The notes beneath the pieces are model-generated. The model was given only the letters and a program-made list of their open reading frames with translations. It did not search any database and was not told the DNA's origin. A program made the position numbers and the translations under genes. A stretch of DNA of 63,495 nt, filler included, from Lentisphaeria bacterium (GTDB lineage Bacteria > Verrucomicrobiota > Lentisphaeria > JABSQK01 > JAWLHB01), in the NCBI GenBank assembly GCA_041690595.1. It is 3 parts of 3 records of this genome, joined end to end, with 100 filler letters (N's around TTAATTAATTAA, not from the genome) between each part and the next. Parts side by side here need not be neighbours in the genome. Positions count along the whole stretch, not along the records: positions 22,275 to 43,397 come from JAWLHB010000072.1; positions 43,498 to 63,495 come from JAWLHB010000073.1; 1 more part is not named here. The stretch is one strand, 5' to 3'. Every line of letters starts with the position of its first letter. Position 1 is the first letter of the stretch. Below, piece after piece: positions 39,892 through 50,222 of the stretch.

Positions 39892-42303
39892 TCATGGAGA
39901 TCCGGTACTGCGCAGGGCGTCGTCGGCGCGCAGGATATCCGGGGAGGCAAGTGGTGGTCGGGGCAAGGCGGTTGAACCGGCGGGGGCGCGGAGCGAGCCA
40001 CGCAGGAGGGTCAGCAACCGCTCTTCAACCTGCTTGTAGGGAGGGAGTTCCTGGTTGCGGCTGATGAACGATTTCGCCACCGCGACAGCGTAGCGCAGAC
40101 TGCCGACTTGCAGATACTGCTCGATTTCGTTGACGCGCTCTTCGTACAGGCTGCCGATTTCCGCATCGAGAGCGGCCAGGTTGAGGTCGGGCAGGACGAT
40201 CTGGCGGGCGACGCGGAAATCGCCCATGCACCAGGCGAAGTTGAAGGCAGCGCGCTGGTATTTGCCGTCCGCGGGCCAGGCCTTGGCAGCGAGTGCCATG
40301 AAATCTTCGGTGGTCAGGCTGGCGAGAGGTGCTTCCTCGTAGTTGATGATCGGTCCTTCGGCGATGGCAAGCTTGAGGATGCCGCCGGCTATGGAGGTGA
40401 TGCGTCCCGCGCCGATGCGTTCGCCCTTGAAGCGGATACCGCTGTCGTAGACGCTCAGGTAGAGGCGCTCGGCATCGATGACTCTGGCCAGCAGGTTGGC
40501 GCGATGATCGTCGAGACCGGGAATGCTGCCGACTGCTGCTATCGAGCTCAAGGCGCGGCGCGCGGCTTCGAACTGGAAATTGCTGACGAGGTCGATGATC
40601 CGCCAGGTCAGGGCGAGCTTGGCGCGCTTGCCCAGTTCCACTTCGCGCTCAGTCAGGCGCATCTGCCATTCGGCCAGCTGCGCGGCCTGTTCGTCGACCA
40701 GATAGATCTCTCGCTGGCGCTGCTCATCGCCCGCCTGCAACTGGGCATTGGTGGCAAGCAACTGGCCGTAGTCGACCCGCAGATCGGCCAACTGCCGGTT
40801 CAACTCGCTCCTTTCGGCAAGCAGTGTTCCCCGCTCCTCGCGCAAGCCTGCAAGCTGTTCCTGGAGTTGGGCATTGAGAGCATCGCGCTGTTCGAGCAAC
40901 CAGGCCTTGTGCTGGTTCTCCATGGTCAGGGTGTGATTGACCAGCAGTTCCCGCGCAAGACGATCCCGGAGGGTCGGTTCAGAGCGCGGCATCTGGGCAA
41001 GGAGCCGGTGATCCATGTCAACCAGTTGACGCAGGGAGAGCATCTGAGAATTGTCGAGAGGCAGACTCTGGGCTTCAAGATGCGCCATAACCTGATCCAG
41101 ATAGGGAGATTTCTGCTGGTCGCGAACGTACCAGACGCCGCCAAGCAGGAGGATGAGAACGACCAGCAACCCTCCGATCAATCCGAAGTACCAGCTCATC
41201 GGCCAGGCGGTCGTTTCGCGCTCGCGTTTGCGCTGGGCGATGGCGATCATCTTCTGCTTCTCGCTGCGCTTACGGAAGATGGCCGACGGGGTCTCCGACG
41301 GCTGCAGCTCTTCCCGCATGCGGTACTTGCTGAAGGAGATCGTATGGACGCTGGGGACCATGTTCTCATCCGGCGCCAAGCGCTTGCGAATGAAGACGAT
41401 CTCTTCGAGAAGTTCATCGTAGGTCTGGAAGCGCTCGTTGAGATCCTTGGCCATCATGCGGCTGACGAGCCGCTTGACCCGGTTGGGGAGCATGACGAGG
41501 CTGCGGTCGGGGAAGACGAGCTGGTTGTACATGTGCTTCCGACCGATCTCCTGAGCCGTTTCACCTTCAAAGGGGCTGTAGCCCATGAGCGAGGTGTAGA
41601 GGGTGCAGCCAAGGGAGTAGATGTCGGTGCGGCAGTCGAGGGACTGCTGGGAGAACTGCTCGGGCGCCATATAGGCGGGCGTGCCGGAAACGTCGGCGGT
41701 CTCCGCTTCCTGCTTGGTGATGGCGATACCCAGGTCCATGACTTTGGCGTACCCGTCGTCCGCCAGGATGATGTTGTCCGGCTTGATGTCACGGTGGATC
41801 AGCCCCTCGCGCGTCCATGCCGCGTGGAGCGCTTCGGCGCATTGCTGGGCGATGTTGAGCGCTTCGTCGCAGTCAAGGGTCTTCTCGCGCTCGAGTCTCT
41901 CGCCGAGGGTCATGCCCTTCACGTATTCCATCGCATAGTAGAGGGCCCCCTCCTCTTCACCGACCGCAATGGAGGTGACGAGGTTGGGATGGTTGATCCG
42001 CGCCGCCGCCTTCGCTTCCTTAAGGAAGGCAAGCACGTACTTCTCCTCGCGAAGCAGATTGGCCTCGAGCACCTTGAGGGCTACAGGGCGATCCATGGAG
42101 AGCTGGCGCGCCAGGTAGACGGTAGCCATGCCGCCGCGGCCAACCAGGCTCTCGATGACAAAATCGTCGATGACGCAGCCAGTCTCGAAACGGGACTTGG
42201 GAACGGCGAGATTGTTGCCGCAATTCGGGCACGCGAGCTTCTGCGGGCGGTTACTATTCCCCACCCGTATGATTGTGAAGCACATGATACACTGAAAACG
42301 CAT
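39892..42303 (-). CDS. Hanks-type Ser/Thr protein kinase with N-terminal zinc ribbon, TM helix and C-terminal coiled coil
   Basis: CxxC...CxxC; GRGGMATV, VALK, HRDIKPDN, DLG, GTPAYMAPE, DIYSLG; TM segment WYFGLIGGLLVVLILLLGGVWY. Confidence 0.95.
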   Translation of the reverse strand: MRFQCIMCFTIIRVGNSNRPQKLACPNCGNNLAVPKSRFETGCVIDDFVIESLVGRGGMATVYLARQLSMDRPVALKVLEANLLREEKYVLAFLKEAKAAARINHPNLVTSIAVGEEEGALYYAMEYVKGMTLGERLEREKTLDCDEALNIAQQCAEALHAAWTREGLIHRDIKPDNIILADDGYAKVMDLGIAITKQEAETADVSGTPAYMAPEQFSQQSLDCRTDIYSLGCTLYTSLMGYSPFEGETAQEIGRKHMYNQLVFPDRSLVMLPNRVKRLVSRMMAKDLNERFQTYDELLEEIVFIRKRLAPDENMVPSVHTISFSKYRMREELQPSETPSAIFRKRSEKQKMIAIAQRKRERETTAWPMSWYFGLIGGLLVVLILLLGGVWYVRDQQKSPYLDQVMAHLEAQSLPLDNSQMLSLRQLVDMDHRLLAQMPRSEPTLRDRLARELLVNHTLTMENQHKAWLLEQRDALNAQLQEQLAGLREERGTLLAERSELNRQLADLRVDYGQLLATNAQLQAGDEQRQREIYLVDEQAAQLAEWQMRLTEREVELGKRAKLALTWRIIDLVSNFQFEAARRALSSIAAVGSIPGLDDHRANLLARVIDAERLYLSVYDSGIRFKGERIGAGRITSIAGGILKLAIAEGPIINYEEAPLASLTTEDFMALAAKAWPADGKYQRAAFNFAWCMGDFRVARQIVLPDLNLAALDAEIGSLYEERVNEIEQYLQVGSLRYAVAVAKSFISRNQELPPYKQVEERLLTLLRGSLRAPAGSTALPRPPLASPDILRADDALRSTGSP

Positions 42304-42395
42304 AAGTCCCTTGCCTTTGATACCTGTCGACTAGCTCAGATGCGCGTGAAGCGGCTGAGTTCCTCCGGACGGCGTGTTCTCTGGGAGAAGAAAGA

Positions 42396-43190
42396 TCAGG
42401 TGTAGAGACACACAGCCGTAATATTGTCATGACCGCCACGTTGCAGGGAGGCTCGCACAAAGCCCTTGACGGCCGCGGTCGCATCGCCTGTATCGCGCAG
42501 AATCTCCTCGATGGTGCCCTCGTCGATCTGACTGGAGACGCCATCGGAGCAGAAGAGGAAGCGGTCTCCCTCATGGACGCTGGTGGTACGAAACTCGATG
42601 CGCAGATTTCGCAAAGCGCCAACACAGTTGGTGAGCATGTTGGCCAGTGGATGCAAGGCTGCTTCCTCGTGGGTGAGGTAGCCATGCTGCACCATCTCTT
42701 CCTTCCACGTCTGGTCAGTCGTCAATTGAGTGAGCTTGTGCTTTCGCCAGCGGTAGCAACGGCTGTCGCCGCAATGGCCGACGATCAGCTTGTTGTTCCA
42801 GAGAATACCCAGCGTCGCGGTCGTCCCCATGGCCCAGCGAATGCGCAGGACACGGTTGACATGGAAGATGTGGTTGTTGGAGTTTTCGAGCGCTCTGGTA
42901 AGGAAATCGCGCACGTCCTGAACGGACTCGAACTCGCGGTCGTCATGCTGATGCCACTCGGTGAGGAGGTAGCGAAGGACAAAGTAACTGGCTATCTCGC
43001 CGAACTCATGGCCGCCCATGCCGTCGGCGACACCCACCAGCACCGCCTTGATATCCTGGAGGGAGGCGCAGATGTACGCATCTTCGTTGACGGTGCGCAC
43101 CAGCCCTACATGCGAGTCGCCTGCTATCTGCGAGGCCAGTTGGGGTGTACCCTGGCCGGAGCGGCGGAGGAGATCACGAATCAACGCCAT
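42396..43190 (-). CDS. PP2C-family Ser/Thr phosphatase
   Basis: VGLVRTVNED, VADGMGGH, MGTT, GHCGDSRCY, FCSDG, GGHDNIT. Confidence 0.95.
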   Translation of the reverse strand: MALIRDLLRRSGQGTPQLASQIAGDSHVGLVRTVNEDAYICASLQDIKAVLVGVADGMGGHEFGEIASYFVLRYLLTEWHQHDDREFESVQDVRDFLTRALENSNNHIFHVNRVLRIRWAMGTTATLGILWNNKLIVGHCGDSRCYRWRKHKLTQLTTDQTWKEEMVQHGYLTHEEAALHPLANMLTNCVGALRNLRIEFRTTSVHEGDRFLFCSDGVSSQIDEGTIEEILRDTGDATAAVKGFVRASLQRGGHDNITAVCLYT

Positions 43191-43397
43191 GGAAAGTCCC
43201 GATTCAACCGTTTCGTCCGGCCTGTCTGCCGTGCTTGACTACAAGAGCAATTACTATAGCGGAGTGTTGCCAAACTGACAGCGCGACTTGGGCTTTTTTC
43301 AGTGCTGACGAATCATGCTCTCGCTCAAGTTCGCGCACGCGGCCACTCGTCACCATGGTGGTGCCTGCAGTCCATCGGGGCGTGAGCATTGCGTTGG

Positions 43398-43497
43398 NNN
43401 NNNNNNNNNNNNNNNNNNNNNNNNNNNNNNNNNNNNNNNNNTTAATTAATTAANNNNNNNNNNNNNNNNNNNNNNNNNNNNNNNNNNNNNNNNNNNN
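43398..43497. other. Artificial contig linker
   Basis: 44 N + TTAATTAATTAA + 44 N. Confidence 0.99.
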
Positions 43498-43596
43498 ATC
43501 ATGAAGCCTCAACGATCCTGGCATACCCCAGAGAGCCAGTAGTGACGAAAAATGAAACACTCAGCCTCAAAATCATCGAAAAGTGCTGAAGTTGGG
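43498..43596 (+). mobile_element. Possible right end of an IS1634-like insertion sequence
   Basis: AT-rich contig edge ending ...AAAAGTGCTGAAGTTGGG (reverse complement CCCAACTTCAGCAC), reminiscent of IS1634-type termini; no transposase core visible. Confidence 0.35.
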
Positions 43597-43639
43597 TTAG
43601 CCATAACGGCTGTACGAACACTTTACCAAGAGGGAGCTC

Positions 43640-43895
43640 ATGGGGGTAGTAAATGCCAAGACTCAGATGTTTCGTCGTCTGGAGTGCAAGAATCTTGATG
43701 CCAGTTTTGTGGCTCGTGTCCGGGAAGGGTTGAACTGCTCACCTTTCGAGGCCGAAGCGGTGCTGAAGGAAGTGCATGCGGTGTATGGCTCATTCTTGGG
43801 GGAGACGCCGCAGCAGCAGTTGCCCGGCTGCATCAGCCTCACCTGTACGGATGCCGATGAACCCGCTGGCAAGCCGATTGATAAGTGTCAGCAGC
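43640..43895 (+). pseudogene. N-terminal fragment of a DUF1670-like protein
   Basis: RRLECKNLDASFVARVREGLNCSPFEAEAVL...PG..S....DADEPAGKPIDKC; similarity stops abruptly and unrelated sequence follows. Confidence 0.6.
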
Positions 43896-43996
43896 GCGTC
43901 TACATCAACGGCCAGCTCGCCTTCGAGCACACCGTCGCATCCACCGGCCTGCCCGTGGAGATACTGTGGAACAAAGCCTTCGTCTTCGATGCCCGC

Positions 43997-44320
43997 CCCG
44001 CCAGGGCGTCGCGCCCGTAAGGGGTGCGGGTGACATTGAAGTCGGTCGTCGCCGTATTCCACAGGCAGAAGCCGTCGAGATGTTTGGTGGTGAACACCAG
44101 ATAGCTCACACCGGCCGCCTCGGCCAAGTCGATCCAGGCGTCCGGATCGAAGGCGGTCGGGTTGAACCGCGCCGCCAGCTTGGCATACTTGGCGCGGGGT
44201 GTTTTCAGGCGCAGTTGGTGCTGCTCCTGCCAGCCGGGAATGGCATAGATCCCCCAATGGATGAACAGGCCCAGGCGGCGGGAAAAGAACCCACCGGTCG
44301 TAGTCGATGTAGGTGCGCAT
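43997..44320 (-). pseudogene. Alpha-L-fucosidase (GH29) N-terminal fragment
   Basis: RRLGLFIHWGIYA, FNPTAFDPDAW, VFTTKHLDGFCLW, TPYGRD; a +1 frameshift after MRTYIDYDRW; truncated after about 105 aa. Confidence 0.85.
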
Positions 44321-44324
44321 TGCA

Positions 44325-45272
44325 TTATGATTGCTCCGTAGCTGTTTGGAGGAGCGCCGCGATGTTGGCCGGCGGAATATCCGGCAGAATGGCTTCATGG
44401 CTGGGTGCAATGATCAGACCTGTCGGCAAGATCCGGTGCAGTTGCCTAACCTTCTCCTGCACCTGCTCCGGAGCGCCGTTCACCAGCAGGTTCTGGGCAT
44501 CGACGCCGCCGCAGAAGGCCACGCGGTCACCGAAGTCATGCCGGAGCCCTTTGGGCTCCATGCCAACGGCCAGCGCCTGGATAGGGTGGATGGCCTCCAC
44601 CCCCGCCGCAATCAGGTCGGGAATGATTTCGCGCACCGCGCCGCATGAATGGTGGATAACCTTGTAGCCGCGTGCCTTGGCCTGGGCGACCAGTTGCCGG
44701 GTGCCCGGCAGGACAAATTCGCGGATCAGCTCCGGCGACAGCATCAGGCCGCTCTGCGAACCGAGGTCGTTGCCGATCAGCACGGCGTCGAGCCGGTCGC
44801 CGGCGGCGTCATAGAAGATGGCGTTGGCTTCAAGGTAGAAGCGGGTGATGCTGTCGATGACGGCTTGGAACATCTCCGGCGCCGTGAGCAGGGTCATCAG
44901 GGCGTTCTCCATGCCGAAAGCGGCACAGGCATCTTGGAAATGCGCCGACCACATGATGCCCAGGCGCGCGAAGTCCGCGGGCACGGCGGCCACGGCGGCG
45001 CGGCATTCCGCCGCATACATGTGCTCCCGCGGGTCGGGCCATGGGAAGTCCTCGACGGCAGCCGGGTCGGTCATGTCCTCGAAATGGCCGGGACTGGTCA
45101 GGGTGCGGTGCTCGTAGTCACCAGTGTCCTTGGCGAAATCAAAGGCGCAGGCGATATGGTTGGCCGGCGGGTGGTGGTAGGGCACTTCCACGGGCCAGAT
45201 ATCGTCGTTCAGGCGACGCTTGAGCCCCTCCATACTGCCGACTCCGAAGTGGGCGAAGAGGGCGGGCAGAGC
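44325..45272 (-). CDS. Uroporphyrinogen decarboxylase/MtaA-CmuA family protein lacking its native N-terminus, fused in frame to the MCP fragment
   Basis: FPWPDP, FGMENAL, GNDLGSQSGLMLSPE, HHSCG, FCGGVDAQ, APSHEAILPDIPPANI. Confidence 0.82.
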   Translation of the reverse strand, partial: ALPALFAHFGVGSMEGLKRRLNDDIWPVEVPYHHPPANHIACAFDFAKDTGDYEHRTLTSPGHFEDMTDPAAVEDFPWPDPREHMYAAECRAAVAAVPADFARLGIMWSAHFQDACAAFGMENALMTLLTAPEMFQAVIDSITRFYLEANAIFYDAAGDRLDAVLIGNDLGSQSGLMLSPELIREFVLPGTRQLVAQAKARGYKVIHHSCGAVREIIPDLIAAGVEAIHPIQALAVGMEPKGLRHDFGDRVAFCGGVDAQNLLVNGAPEQVQEKVRQLHRILPTGLIIAPSHEAILPDIPPANIAALLQTATEQS

Positions 45273-46182
45273 CATCGCGCGCTGACCGTTGTCAGTCGCA
45301 CCGCGGGCATGCCCGGCAGCGACGTTGGCCTGGCGTGCATTGTCAGCGTTCTGGTTGGTCATGCTGGCCATCTGCTCGAGGGATGCGCTTGTTTCTTCAA
45401 GTGAGGATGCCTGCTCATTGGCCCCTTCGGCCATCTGCTGGCTCGACTGGCTGACCTGCTGGGAGGCGCTTTGCACGTGGCGCGCGCCGGCGTTCAGACC
45501 GTCGATGATAAGGGTCATCGGTTTGACGATAAAGCGGGCATTGGCGAAGAAGATACCGAAGCCGACAGCCAGCAGTGAAACCAGGCCGATGCCGCCAATG
45601 GCCATCCCAAGCTTGCGGCTCGTCTGGTAGAATTCGAAACGGTCGACGATCGCCATGATCGTCCAACTGGTACGCGAGTCGGTGGCGAAGCTCGCGTGCT
45701 TGGCGACCCCCTTGAAGGTATAGCGCAACTCGCCCCACGCTTCACCCTCCCGGGCCGCCGCCGCATTTCTCATGTAAACCGGGATCTTGCTCAGGTCGAT
45801 CTGGTTCGGATCACCGCCTGCACCCATGACCAGCAGCTGCCCGGCCGGGCTGGCAAGGAAGAGATTCTCCAGCCCTTTGCTCTTCTGGAAATAGGCCTCC
45901 AGGTAAGCCTTGGCCGCCTCCGGCTGGTTCGAAGCCAGAGACTCCTGGACAAGGGGGTTGGCCGCGATCAGCTCGGCGGCCCGGAAATTGTCATCGATCC
46001 AGCGCGAAAGTGCCACACTTGTCTGAGCAACCGTCGCATTGACCTGCGCCCGCATGCGACCCTCGATAGCCCGCGAGGCCATGTAGAAAGCCAGCCAGGC
46101 CAGAAACGCGATCGACAGCGCAACAATCGGTAAAATGGTGAACATGAGCTTGGCACGCAGGGATCGTCGTCTTCTCGGTCAT
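45273..46182 (-). pseudogene. Methyl-accepting chemotaxis protein fragment (Cache sensor internally deleted, signalling domain truncated)
   Basis: TM1, partial Cache, TM2, then SASQQVSQSSQQMAEGANEQASSLEETSASLEQMASMTNQNADNA. There is a frameshift between the ATG at 46182 and RRSLRAKLMF. Confidence 0.8.
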
Positions 46183-46339
46183 GTTGAAACTCCAGAATAG
46201 GAGGTTGGTAAATGAGGCGAAAAACCGGCCTGCCCGCACGAATTGTGCTAGCAAAACCGCCATTTGCGCGATTCATTCGCTCACCTCGACTACCGCCCAA
46301 TCCTGGATCATTCGCCTGGTCGTCGCCGCGCCATGATCC

Positions 46340-49300
46340 TCAGTCGGGGGGCTGCCAGAGAAGCTCCATTTGGGGTACGGGGCTCTTGTCGAGGCGCTGC
46401 CGGTCAGCTACCCAGCGGCTGGCGGGCAGCCAGCGAAGGCGGTTTTGGGCGCCCTGCTCACGGACGAGGCCACTGATGTCGAGCCGGGTCATCCAGGCAG
46501 GAGTCTGCAGCGGTTCGCCATTGATCTCCAGGTAGCCGAGGTGCAAGAGCGCCTGGAGAAAGAGGCGCTCCGCCGGCCATTCGTCCGGCAGCGTGAAGTC
46601 GATCTGCAGATAGGTGCGCGGCGTGGTGGCGCCGATGTCGACGGGCTCCAGATGATTGAAGGCGGTGGCCGCGAACCATTGCCCGGCGAGCGGCTCGATC
46701 TTCACCGGCGGCATGGTGGCCTGCAGGTAGAAGAGGCCATTGATGCCGTGCGGCTTGGCCTGCCGGTTGGGATCCCGAACCTTGGTGCCGTCGATCTCCA
46801 GCGTGATCGTCAGGGTGCCGTCAGCGGCAGCTTCGGTGACATCGAGAGAGAAGGCGGGCAACGGGGCCGGGAGAATCGGCTGCTTCATGGAAGCCTCGGC
46901 GCCATCGATCCACAGGCGAGCGTGTGGCAGGATACCCCAGAACCAGTGTTCGGAGTCGAAGATGAGGGTGACCGGCCGGCCCTTCCAGGCATCAGGCAGC
47001 TCCACCTTGCGCTCAAAGCGGGCGATAGCGTCCTCCGGCAGGCCGAGCGTGGCAAAGGCGGCAGTGCTGACCGTGCGCTCCGGCTCTCCCTCGATCCGCA
47101 GGCTCCACCCCTCCTTGAGGGAAAGCAGGTCGTCCGGCATGGCGACTCGTCGCGGCTTCTGGACCGCGCTGATCGGCGGCAGGGCGTGCCATTGCCGCGA
47201 TTGCGACTGAAACCATTCCAGCCCTGCCCGGGCGATGTCCTCGCGTGGCGCGATGAAGACGCGGCTCTGCATCAGGGAATACGGCGCGGCCGGCAGGGTG
47301 AAGGCGCCATCCTGCCATGCAACCGGGTGGCTTGGGTGGCCGAGGACGCTGATCTCGGTGATGCGCTGCAGCGGCCCCTCGCGGCGCAGGCGGATCTCGC
47401 CTGCCAGAAGCTCGTCTCCCCTGGTCGCCATGCGGGCGACGGGATAAAGGTCGAAGAGGGCGTTCTTGCTGCGCCAGATCTCCGCCCAGAGTTCGGGCGT
47501 GTTGGTCCAGCTGTCGCGCGGCACCTCCAGGGCGGTCAGGAAATCGTCCAGCAGGGCATTGCGGTCCTCATTGTTGATCCAGACGCCGTTGACGTCGCGC
47601 ATGCGCATGTAGAAGGGAGTTCCCAGCATGATCAGGCGGCCGCGTCCGAGGCGTGCGTCGACAATGGCCATGGAGCTGTCGTCCTCCCAGGTGGCCACGG
47701 GGTGAATACGATCGTCAGCCCCTGCCGCATAGGCGACGGCGCCTGTATGTGTCTTGCCGAGGTAGTCGATCGCCACGCCGCTCCCCTCGATGGACTGGCC
47801 GCGCAGCTTCGGAAGGAGGCTCTGGTCGTCGCCTACCTTGATCTTGGCCAACTCCCAGCGGTGGTAGTTCTCGTCACTCATCCACTTTGGGGTAACCGTC
47901 AGGCCGAGCGCTTGGGCGAGGGGCCAGGCGTCGGCTCGGGCCGGCAGGTGGCGCGCGGTGTGATGCTGAGCGACGAAGGTCCCGCCGGCGCGGACGTAGC
48001 GAAGGATTCCCTCCACTTCTTCCGGGGTCATCAGCACGGTGCCGCAGTCGATCAGCACGGGGTACTGGTCGATGGTGCCGTCGAGGACGTCCGGCACTTC
48101 GACATAGGCGAAGTTTCGGCCGATGGCCTGCAGGGCGCCCCGCCCGATATCCCAGTTCCAGGGTTCAGCGAAACCCATTCTGGTGGCGCGGGTGGAGCGC
48201 AGGATGCCGATACTCGGCGTTGGCAGATGCATCTTGCCGATGACGTGGATCAGTTCGAGGTTCTGGTCGAACCAGGCGGCGACATTCGGCTTGTCACGAT
48301 AGTGGCCAACGCCGAAGACCATATCAAGGGCATCGTTTCCGAGCATGATATAGCGGGTGATTTGGCTTTGGAAGCTGGCGGCGTCGGCGGGTGGCCCCCC
48401 CTGCTCGGAACTCCAGGGGAAGCCGTGACTGCGGGCGAGGCGGGCGCCGGTCATGGGACACCAGTAGCCGCCGGCACCGCCGGTGTCATGCTGGTAGGCG
48501 CCGTATTGGCGGCAGAGGCGGGTGGTCATATCGAGCAGGTTGATGGTGGCCATCATCTTGAGGGGACGATTCGGCTCGGCGCTGCGGGAGGCGCGCAGCT
48601 GGCCTTCGATCTTGCGCACGCGAAGCCATGCATCGAAGTTGACGCCGTCGAACCAGAGGCGGTTCTCGTGATCGGTCATGCGCGGATAGGGACGCAGCGG
48701 CGTGGGGCCGAGAAAGCAGTAGCCGGGGATGGGATTCCCACGGGTGTTGAAGACGAGCAGGTTTTCGCCCTCCCGTGGGAGCTCGTTGAGCGGGTAGCAC
48801 ATGTCGAAGTCGCCCCGTTGCCCGCTCATGGGTTCGAGCTTGGTGTCGTTGAGCCAGACATCGAACCATGGGGTCGGATTGCCGTGATAGGAGGAGCGGG
48901 CAATATGCAGGTAGCGGAGGCTGGAGAGTTGGGCGGACGTTACCTGCAGCGAGCGCCGCATCCAGTAGTGCGGTTGCTCTTCCGGTTTGCCACGCCGCTT
49001 GGGGGTATACATCAGCAGCATGACGTCGTTGCCATCCCCTTCGACCCAGCCCTCAGGGGCCGCCAGGGGATCGTGCCAGCGCTCCTCGACGCCAACCTGC
49101 TCGAGGTCCTCGCGCATCTGCCAGACACCCCGCAGATCGATACAGGTGGAGGGATCCCAGCCGATGAAATCGGTGGGCTTTGGCGGCAGCACCTCCGCCC
49201 AGGAGGCGTAGAAGTGGCGATCCCCCTTGTGGAGCAGGCCCACCGTATCCAGATCCATCCCCAGTTCGGTACTCAGGTATCCGTGCCACAAGGCGGCGAT

Positions 49301-50212
49301 GCCGGGCGTCTCGACGACCGCGGCAAGAAGGTCGACCCCGGCATCGGGAATCTCGGTGCAACCATGCATGCCCAGGAAGTTGGGATCGTCTTCCAGATGC
49401 TCAGCCAGGCGGCGACGCGCGTCATAAATGTGGCGGTCGCGCTGGGCGACCGGCTCGTAGGCATTGGCCGCGGCATTGACCTGGTACTGCAGCCAGGGGG
49501 CGCCGATATATCCTGGAGTGGGGCGGACATACGGCAGGGGTTCCCGGTTCCAGAGCCACTCGTGCGCCGCGGGAAAGAAGAGCACACGGTAGGGGATGTC
49601 GTACTTCGCTGCCATGGCCCGGTGCCAGTCGAAGATGCTGGTATCCATCAGCCCCGGCGCGACCAGGCGTGACTCCGTCGGGGAAAGGGTGCACATCGCC
49701 AGCCGACGCTCGCGCAGCCACTCGAAGTCGTTTGGCAGCACGTATTGGTCGCCCCCGCCGCCCACCCAGATAGCCGGGCCGTTGGTATCGAATCCGTCCA
49801 GCCAGCGCGGATGAGTGTCGGGGGTCACCGCGGTCCAGTTCGCGGCACCCGCTGCCTCCGCCTGAGTCCGCAATCCGGTTGCATCCCGGGCATAGAGTTC
49901 GTGGAAGTAGGCCCCATCCAGTCCAAGCAGCCACATACCCGCATCCTCCAGCGCCAGCACCGTGCCGGGAAGACCGCTGTCCTTCACCAGAGCCAGGTTG
50001 CCGAAGGCAAGGAGGTCCCCCAGACGCTTCGAGGCGATCACGCCGGCATGTGTCGCATCCTCAGCCTGAAAGCTGGTCCACGAGCCGTTGTCGTCAAAGC
50101 GGGCCTGGACCTGCACATCGCCAAAACCACGGGTCGTGGCATGGAAGTTCTCGATCTCAGCCGCGGCAGCCAGCAGGGGCAGCAGCGTCATGGTCAGGAT
50201 GAGTTGCCGCAT
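46340..50212 (-). CDS. Large secreted glycoside hydrolase-like protein (GH42/beta-galactosidase trimerisation-like and sugar-binding modules)
   Basis: Signal peptide MRQLILTMTLLPLLAAAA; TIM-barrel-like segments; GATase-like module (ILRYVRAGGTFV...LGRGRLIMLG); IDLRGVWQ and SLKEGWSL GH2-type sugar-binding starts. Confidence 0.65.
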   Translation of the reverse strand: MRQLILTMTLLPLLAAAAEIENFHATTRGFGDVQVQARFDDNGSWTSFQAEDATHAGVIASKRLGDLLAFGNLALVKDSGLPGTVLALEDAGMWLLGLDGAYFHELYARDATGLRTQAEAAGAANWTAVTPDTHPRWLDGFDTNGPAIWVGGGGDQYVLPNDFEWLRERRLAMCTLSPTESRLVAPGLMDTSIFDWHRAMAAKYDIPYRVLFFPAAHEWLWNREPLPYVRPTPGYIGAPWLQYQVNAAANAYEPVAQRDRHIYDARRRLAEHLEDDPNFLGMHGCTEIPDAGVDLLAAVVETPGIAALWHGYLSTELGMDLDTVGLLHKGDRHFYASWAEVLPPKPTDFIGWDPSTCIDLRGVWQMREDLEQVGVEERWHDPLAAPEGWVEGDGNDVMLLMYTPKRRGKPEEQPHYWMRRSLQVTSAQLSSLRYLHIARSSYHGNPTPWFDVWLNDTKLEPMSGQRGDFDMCYPLNELPREGENLLVFNTRGNPIPGYCFLGPTPLRPYPRMTDHENRLWFDGVNFDAWLRVRKIEGQLRASRSAEPNRPLKMMATINLLDMTTRLCRQYGAYQHDTGGAGGYWCPMTGARLARSHGFPWSSEQGGPPADAASFQSQITRYIMLGNDALDMVFGVGHYRDKPNVAAWFDQNLELIHVIGKMHLPTPSIGILRSTRATRMGFAEPWNWDIGRGALQAIGRNFAYVEVPDVLDGTIDQYPVLIDCGTVLMTPEEVEGILRYVRAGGTFVAQHHTARHLPARADAWPLAQALGLTVTPKWMSDENYHRWELAKIKVGDDQSLLPKLRGQSIEGSGVAIDYLGKTHTGAVAYAAGADDRIHPVATWEDDSSMAIVDARLGRGRLIMLGTPFYMRMRDVNGVWINNEDRNALLDDFLTALEVPRDSWTNTPELWAEIWRSKNALFDLYPVARMATRGDELLAGEIRLRREGPLQRITEISVLGHPSHPVAWQDGAFTLPAAPYSLMQSRVFIAPREDIARAGLEWFQSQSRQWHALPPISAVQKPRRVAMPDDLLSLKEGWSLRIEGEPERTVSTAAFATLGLPEDAIARFERKVELPDAWKGRPVTLIFDSEHWFWGILPHARLWIDGAEASMKQPILPAPLPAFSLDVTEAAADGTLTITLEIDGTKVRDPNRQAKPHGINGLFYLQATMPPVKIEPLAGQWFAATAFNHLEPVDIGATTPRTYLQIDFTLPDEWPAERLFLQALLHLGYLEINGEPLQTPAWMTRLDISGLVREQGAQNRLRWLPASRWVADRQRLDKSPVPQMELLWQPPD

Positions 50213-50222
50213 CGTGATACCT

